Positions 52,142 to 58,124 of a stretch of DNA of 58,124 bases are shown piece after piece. The notes beneath the pieces were generated by a model that had not been told where the DNA came from, did no database searches, and worked only from the letters and a program-made list of their open reading frames with translations. Position numbers and translations under genes: made by a program. Positions within the stretch are counted from its first letter, which is position 1; each line of letters begins with the position of its first letter. This DNA comes from Rozella allomycis CSF55 (lineage: Eukaryota): assembly GCA_000442015.1 (NCBI GenBank), contig KE561324.1, positions 62,001 through 120,124 on the forward strand, written 5' to 3'.

Positions 52142-52267
52142 ATCATTTAAATAAAATATTCATTTTAAAAATTAAACCATCTTCTTTTATAAAATTAAAA
52201 CTATTTTCTTTTATAGTTGAATAACTAAATTTATCGTTTATTTAATACTTCAATACTTCCATCATTC

Positions 52268-52699
52268 TCAGTATATTCTTCCTCCTCCAAGTGGCGGTAT
52301 TATAATTCCAGGCGGCAAAAGAGTATCAGGCGACAACGCTCCAGCAGCCGCTACACTAAACGTAGGCGCTCTAGGATATCTAGGCGGAGGTGGCAATATC
52401 GGCTCTACATCCATCTCCCTCAAATCTCTTACGTGCATTTTCTCTAGCAGGCGGAAACGGATACCCTCTATCGCCTGGCCTATTCACTCGGTCAATCATA
52501 AACTGCAGTTTCGCTAAATCCAACGCTATTTTATCTTCTCTTATACTCCCTTACATGCATAATACGCTCTGATTTGTTCAGCATGCTTCCACCCCTTGCT
52601 GTGGTCGCGGCGAACGCGAGGTGCGTCGTGTGTTAGGTATACGTCGCAATAGTCTTGTCAGGATTTTGTTTGTCTATTACCGCAATAATATTTGGGCAT
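52268..52699 (-). CDS. YHC1: U1 snRNP protein C
   Basis: Spliced [30 protein letters not shown] with a Pro-rich tail; 3 introns (27, 29, 28 nt). Not in the ORF track. Confidence 0.9.
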
Positions 52700-52849
52700 T
52701 TTTATTTATGAATTTTACAAGTTGAAATTCCTAGAAAATAGTGACTGTTCGTACGGTAAAATACACGCTTTAAGATTAAGATGAATTAACAAGATAACTT
52801 TTAGTAGTCAATAGGCAAATATGTTTATTGAATGGTTCAAATAAGTTAT

Positions 52850-54313
52850 TTACAAATACCCCTTGTGATATTTAGTTTCCGGCAAAAATACATAAAAGAA
52901 TACAAACGCAATAAATAACAGAACACCGTATGGCAAAAAGAATAAATTTTCGAGTGACTCTACAAGATATTCAAAAGTAAAACCAACAATAAAATTGGAA
53001 ATCCAATTGATTCCAACGAGGAGAGAGGCTGCCAATGGAACAAGATCGCCAGGAAATAGTTCGCAAATAATAAGCCATGGAATAGGACCGAGACCAACAG
53101 CAAAGGCAAATACATACAAGAAGATCGAAATCACTCTGATGGCGGTAAATTCAAATACCATCGACAGTACAAGCAATCCAGCAAATAAGGACATTGTTCC
53201 CGTTGATATCAGTGTGAGTTTACGTCGACCAGATACATCAATAAGATTTAATGACACAATTGTAGCAACTATATTTACAACCCCAATAGCCATTGTAATT
53301 AAAGTTGCGTAGCCTTCCGTTCCACCAGAACTGAAAATCCGGGTGCTGAAATAAAACACTGCATTTATTCCTGAAAACTGTTGGATTAAATGCATAATGA
53401 CCCCAATCGTCATTGATTTACGTGCTTCTTTGCTGAATAGACTTGTTAAAAAGTATTTTTTAGGTTGTTCTTGTTTTTTGTTGATTTGATACGATTGAAT
53501 TTCTTCCTCCACTTCGTCAGTTCCTCTTAAAAGAGATAGCACTTTAAAGCATTCATCTTTCCTACCAGAATCAAATAGATATCGAGGACTTTCAGGAAGT
53601 TTCAGAGCAAGTATCAACTGAGGGATTAGAAACACGATTCCACTGGCAAACAAATATCTCCAATTCGCTGTAGTTGACAAGAATACGCCGGCGAGCTGAG
53701 CTAAAAAGATTCCAATAACAATTCCTAATTGATGAATAGTGCCTAACTTCCCCTTTAAAACGTCACATGAATATTCTCCCAACGACAGTGGTACAATCAC
53801 AGTGGTTGCTCCCTTGGATCAAAATTTCAAGACATATATTACGCTAGCAAGGCCAATGACAAATCTTGCCATTATGAGCATCCATGTTTCCATTGAAAGT
53901 GAAAGAATTATGTGTCCCAAAAGAAAAAGAACGTTGACTATAAAGAAACTGTTTCTTCTTCCAATTCGATTAGCTATCGGACCAAATAACAATGAGCCAA
54001 TCAAACCAGATACACAAATCATTGAAACAACTATTCCCCATGTCTTGATGGGCACGTAAATGCAGTTCTTTAATGCGCTGTCTATTGAAATATCATACCG
54101 GCATTCAGTAAAAATGGATTGAGGAGCATTCAGAAGAGATATATTGTATCCAAAAGTTACAGAGGATAATGCTATTGTTATAACTGCTAAAAGTAACGAA
54201 TTCGTCATTTTGCTTATTGGGACTTGTTTTCCAATTAATCCATTTGTGTTATCATTGGTAGAATTAATTTGAATAAATGGCTGACTTTCATCAGTAAAGC
54301 TAATATCATTCAT
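52850..54313 (-). CDS. MFS sugar porter (GLUT-like)
   Basis: PESPRYL, QQFSGINAVFYFS and GLGPIPWLIICELF; one 30-nt intron. Confidence 0.93.
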
Positions 54314-54620
54314 TGACTATTTTCGAGGCGAATATTCAAATTGGCCGGGGTTAGTCGGTTAGGTGGCTTTCGGATTATTTGGAATTTATTGAAGGCATTA
54401 GGCTCTATTCCCACAGAAAATAAGGCAAAATTTCGACGCAAATTTATTGAGAAGTAGGGTTGTCCTTTTTCAGATCACGATAATACTACTTTTGCCACAA
54501 GATGATTTTTTGCCTGTCTTGATGACATCCACTTTATTAATTCTTCTTTCAAAACTGTTTACAAAACTATAATATGCGCTAAATTATAAAAATTGAAAAT
54601 GATTGCGAAGACGATTTTTA

Positions 54621-55625
54621 TTACTCTTCATCATCAAGTTCTAATTCTTGACCAGCCAACTTCGAATAATGGGATGCTTTAGAATAAAAGTTCTTTCTAT
54701 CAGATTCATTTGGTTGCATGCAACCCAAATTGGCACAGATTTCAGCGAGCAAAAGTAGGTCATCTTCATCCAAGTCTTCATCACAGACATATTTAAAGCA
54801 ATCAAACGCTTCATGTAGACAATAAATCGTGATTACCTTTCTCAAAATTATCAATAATTAATTTTGTCTCCTTATCTTCATTTTCTCCAGCTTCCGCGTA
54901 GTCTTGCAGGTATGTTCCGATCATCAAGTGCGCGTTCGCCAGCCCAAATCTATCTTTTTCACTTGATTCTTCCAAATATTCAATTGCTAAATTTAAACAT
55001 GACATATAAGAATCATTTGGTAAATCTAAATCATTTTCACAAGTCTTAATCAAGAAACTTGATGCCCTAGACTTGTCACTCAACTTGGACCATATTTCCT
55101 TGATTTTGGATAAATCTATTTGATTCATCAACACCTTATTATAAATTATTCAAGAAGATACCATTTTTCTTAATATTGCAGCACCAAGGTAAAATGTTGA
55201 ATCATCGTCGATTTCTTTTACACTAATCAATTTCTCAACAGCCAAATCCAAAAAGCCTACATGCTCTTCTTTAATAGACGGTTCAGTATTTGCGTAGTAT
55301 TCATATACTGATGGCACGTCAAATGTCACTAAGCAGAAAAGGGCCTGTCCGTATGTCTTATCCAACATTTCCGTGTCAAGTCGATTACATTCATGTATCA
55401 CTGCCCTGACGTAATTTAAAGCATTCTCAATGTCTTGCTCATCTATCACCTTTCAATCTTGAAATTACCGTAATACGCCAATGCCGTTTCCAATAATGCC
55501 TCGACAGTTTCGATTTCATTTTCTTCTTCTTCAACTGGTTCAGGCTTTAATTTTTTATTTTCAGATTCCTGATCCTTTTTCTTTTTTAAACCCATAGGCT
55601 TCTTTCTTTTTGCATCTTCAACCAT
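54621..55625 (-). CDS. ETT1: ETT1/NRO1-like protein
   Basis: N-terminal KKPMGL and RAVIHECNRL motifs; 3 introns. Confidence 0.65.
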
Positions 55626-55666
55626 ATAAAAAATGTAATCTGCTAAGCCACCGTATTAAGAGTGAT

Positions 55667-56722
55667 ATGATTCCTTCAGATAATGGCGAAGACAAAGAAA
55701 GGGAAAAGATTGACAAATACAAAACAAAGGCCATGAAGTCATGGAATGATTTATCGCTAGCTGTTAAAGAAAAGGGAAATGTTTGGAAGCAACGAGCTTT
55801 GGACAAGAAGAATGAACTGATACGTTCTCAATTCTGGAAGCCATCACAGTCTGAAAATGTTGATACTAAAGAAGTTATAGGGAATGATCAAATTCGAAAG
55901 GGTATAGATATTTTTTGTAGACAATTAGCGTCATTTTGTCCTATAGGAATATCCTTGGCAGAAGCTCTGATCAACTATGGAGAGGATAAAAATTTTCCAG
56001 GTGTTCCATTGTTAATAACGCGATGCGTATCCCATATTGAGACTAAAGGGATCAATGAAACCGGAATTGTAAGTGTGCCAATTTTAATATAATAGTATAG
56101 GATATCCGGATCTACTTCCAAAATTCATCTATTAAAACAATCTCTATGCCGTAACAATGTAGTCGGTTTTGAAATAGCTCAATTTGAATATGATATTAGT
56201 ACAGTTGATCCTCATGACGTTGCCGGATTTTTAAAGTTATTTCTACGAGAATTAAGAGATCCTCTGTTGTCAAGAGAAGAGCAATGCTTAATGGCAGATA
56301 TTATTCCTGTTCGAAAAGAAGGTGTTCTAACAACTGCAGGACAAAATTCATTCGACAAGTTGAATGAACTTTTCTCTCAGCTTAACATGATTCACGTTAA
56401 TACGTTAATTTTCCTGATGCTTCATTTGAGCAATATAGCAAAAAACGATCAGGTTAATAAGATGACAGTGGGGAACCTTATCATCATTTTTTCCCCTTGT
56501 TTGCAAATAGCACCTGCGATTTTATCGTTTTTGATATCCAATGCAGATAAGCTAAGTGTTAGGAAGGATAAAGTTGAGTATGGGATTTTTGATGCGATAA
56601 AGGAAAACGATGCGTCTAATATGATAGAGGCTCGATGGGCTTCAGACAATATCCTTGAAATAAACAAAGAAGTACCAAAATTGAATGACGAAGATCCATT
56701 TTCGGATTCTCATGCAATGTGA
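55667..56722 (+). CDS. RhoGAP-domain protein
   Basis: GINETGI/YRISGS, VAGFLKLFLRELRDPL and NKMTVGNLIIIFSP; about three 27-nt introns. Confidence 0.88.
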
Positions 56723-56849
56723 TGATGGGGTATATCAAGTTTTGTAACAAATAGAGCAATAAAATACTGGTTTTAAATCGAAAACTAGTAACTAGTCTAT
56801 TAAACTTGCTCCCTTTTAGTTTTATTTTTCGCAAAACTATTTCTTATAA

Positions 56850-57420
56850 ACGCATTACCTTCATTAAAAGGTGAGTCTTGCGGGTTTGCGACAGGGGTAA
56901 GACATACACATTAATGCTTTAGCCATAAACCCGCAGGACTTTGCATGCAAATAGGTATCAATCCGTAATATGATACTAATTTGGTTAAGTGCGGCTGTCT
57001 AGAGAATCATATAGTCCCTTTTTCTGCCAATCAATCAGGCGCTACAGATATGGTAATCCCCATGTGAAATCTTGGTACCGTGCAAATTTAAATGAGTGGA
57101 AGAATTAGGGAATGGCTGATGGGTTATCATTCTGGTTTAGATTAAATTGCTTACAGTGAATACGCTGACAAGAATGGTCTTGATATGGTGAGTTTCTTGA
57201 CACAAGATCATCAATCGGGTATCGACTTGACACAAATGACTTGGTTTTGATTAATCCTCACATTCCTCCTGCCGCTAATACTCTGACTCATGTATTTGTT
57301 TGTTATCATAAATTGCTTGAGGTGTACAAAGGATTTGCTGTTAGGTTGATAAAGTAAGAGTCTCGGATTTTTTTTCTATATTGCACATAAATCTCAATCA
57401 CAAGTCATTAAACGCTTTTT
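56850..57420 (+). ncRNA. Putative unidentified structured non-coding RNA
   Basis: No ORF; at least five stems, several with G-U pairs valid only on the + strand (e.g. 56874-56888/56926-56940, 15 bp). Confidence 0.45.
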
Positions 57421-57785
57421 TTATATTTTAAATATATACAGTTATTTGAATAATCGTATTTATTAAGGATGAGGGATCCACATCGTCAAAATCACCAAGG
57501 AGTAATTAATTTAGACGAAGGTGGAAATCCTCGAAGTTAGTAAGACTTTAGAGGTGCTATAGTTGTTTGGGAATTATAATTTGTAGTGAATGCTAAATTT
57601 GACGGTTGATGACGGTAATTTGAAGAAATTATGGTTTGCATTGGTATTTACTATTTGGTTTTGATTGGCAAGATAGAAGTGCTTGCAACTTGCAAGAGGA
57701 AATTTAATAAATATACCACCAGCTATGAGCTAATGACAAAATTTTGAGTTTTTATACTTTCTGAGATTTCAATATTAAATATTTA

Positions 57786-58124
57786 TTATTGTTGTAATTC
57801 CTCGCCATCAACATCATCGTCTACAAGAACCACTTCACGCACAAGAGGCTTTGTACAGATGAATGCCAATCCTGTTCTCCCAGTGGAAAATATATTCCCA
57901 AACTCATCATCTATTTGATTGATGACATCAGTGAGAAGTTTCTTGGTGTGTCGCTTAATGTAGAGATCGGTGAAGGCATTGTTCGAGTGGTAATAGGCTG
58001 AGCTCTTGCTAGCAGTGGATTTCCAAGTAACAGTAACAGGCAAATCATTTATTGTCTTGGTGATAGGCTTACCCTTGATGATGCTTGTCGCTCCATGCGC
58101 TCATAGAATCTTAATCCTCGTAAA
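57786..58124 (-). CDS. 3' end of an unidentified gene entering from the window edge
   Basis: Open frame ending at TAA 57786 with AATAAA just downstream; upstream exon structure unresolved. Confidence 0.4.

Noticed and set aside
57005-57020. ATATAGTCCC resembling the group I intron S element
   Set aside because: No convincing P, Q or R elements and no host exon found.
57340-57347. Minus-strand AACCTAAC as a TTAGG telomerase template
   Set aside because: It is only 8 nt, lies on the strand opposite to that favoured by G-U pairing, and the telomere repeat is unknown.

Overview
A gene-dense, AT-rich eukaryotic nuclear segment with about 47 protein-coding genes. Most are split by roughly 120 (hand count) tiny spliceosomal introns of 24-31 nt, mostly 26-29 nt. 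Fungal-type genes (eEF3, ETT1/NRO1, GON7-like) occur together with ciliary or centriolar genes (IFT43, NEDD1, prominin-like). This points to a flagellated early-diverging fungal relative such as Rozella/Cryptomycota, which is inference only. The most striking signal is the splicing system. Introns show no visible branch-point consensus or polypyrimidine tract, and the 3' splice site appears to be chosen by distance from the GT. At least three introns (in delta-COP, USO1/p115 and an ABHD4/5-like lipase) and possibly a fourth (SDH4) restore the conserved protein only if spliced GT-TG, with nearby AGs either absent or ignored. Other notable items: an ACCCTGG-like start-proximal motif resembling the microsporidian CCC signal, head-to-head genes 20-23 nt apart, overlapping start codons at GlyRS, a divergent 5-exon SUMO, a LIN1/CD2BP2 lacking its GYF domain, and an unexplained ~560-nt highly structured putative ncRNA near the window end. 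All exon structures were inferred by hand and lack transcript evidence.
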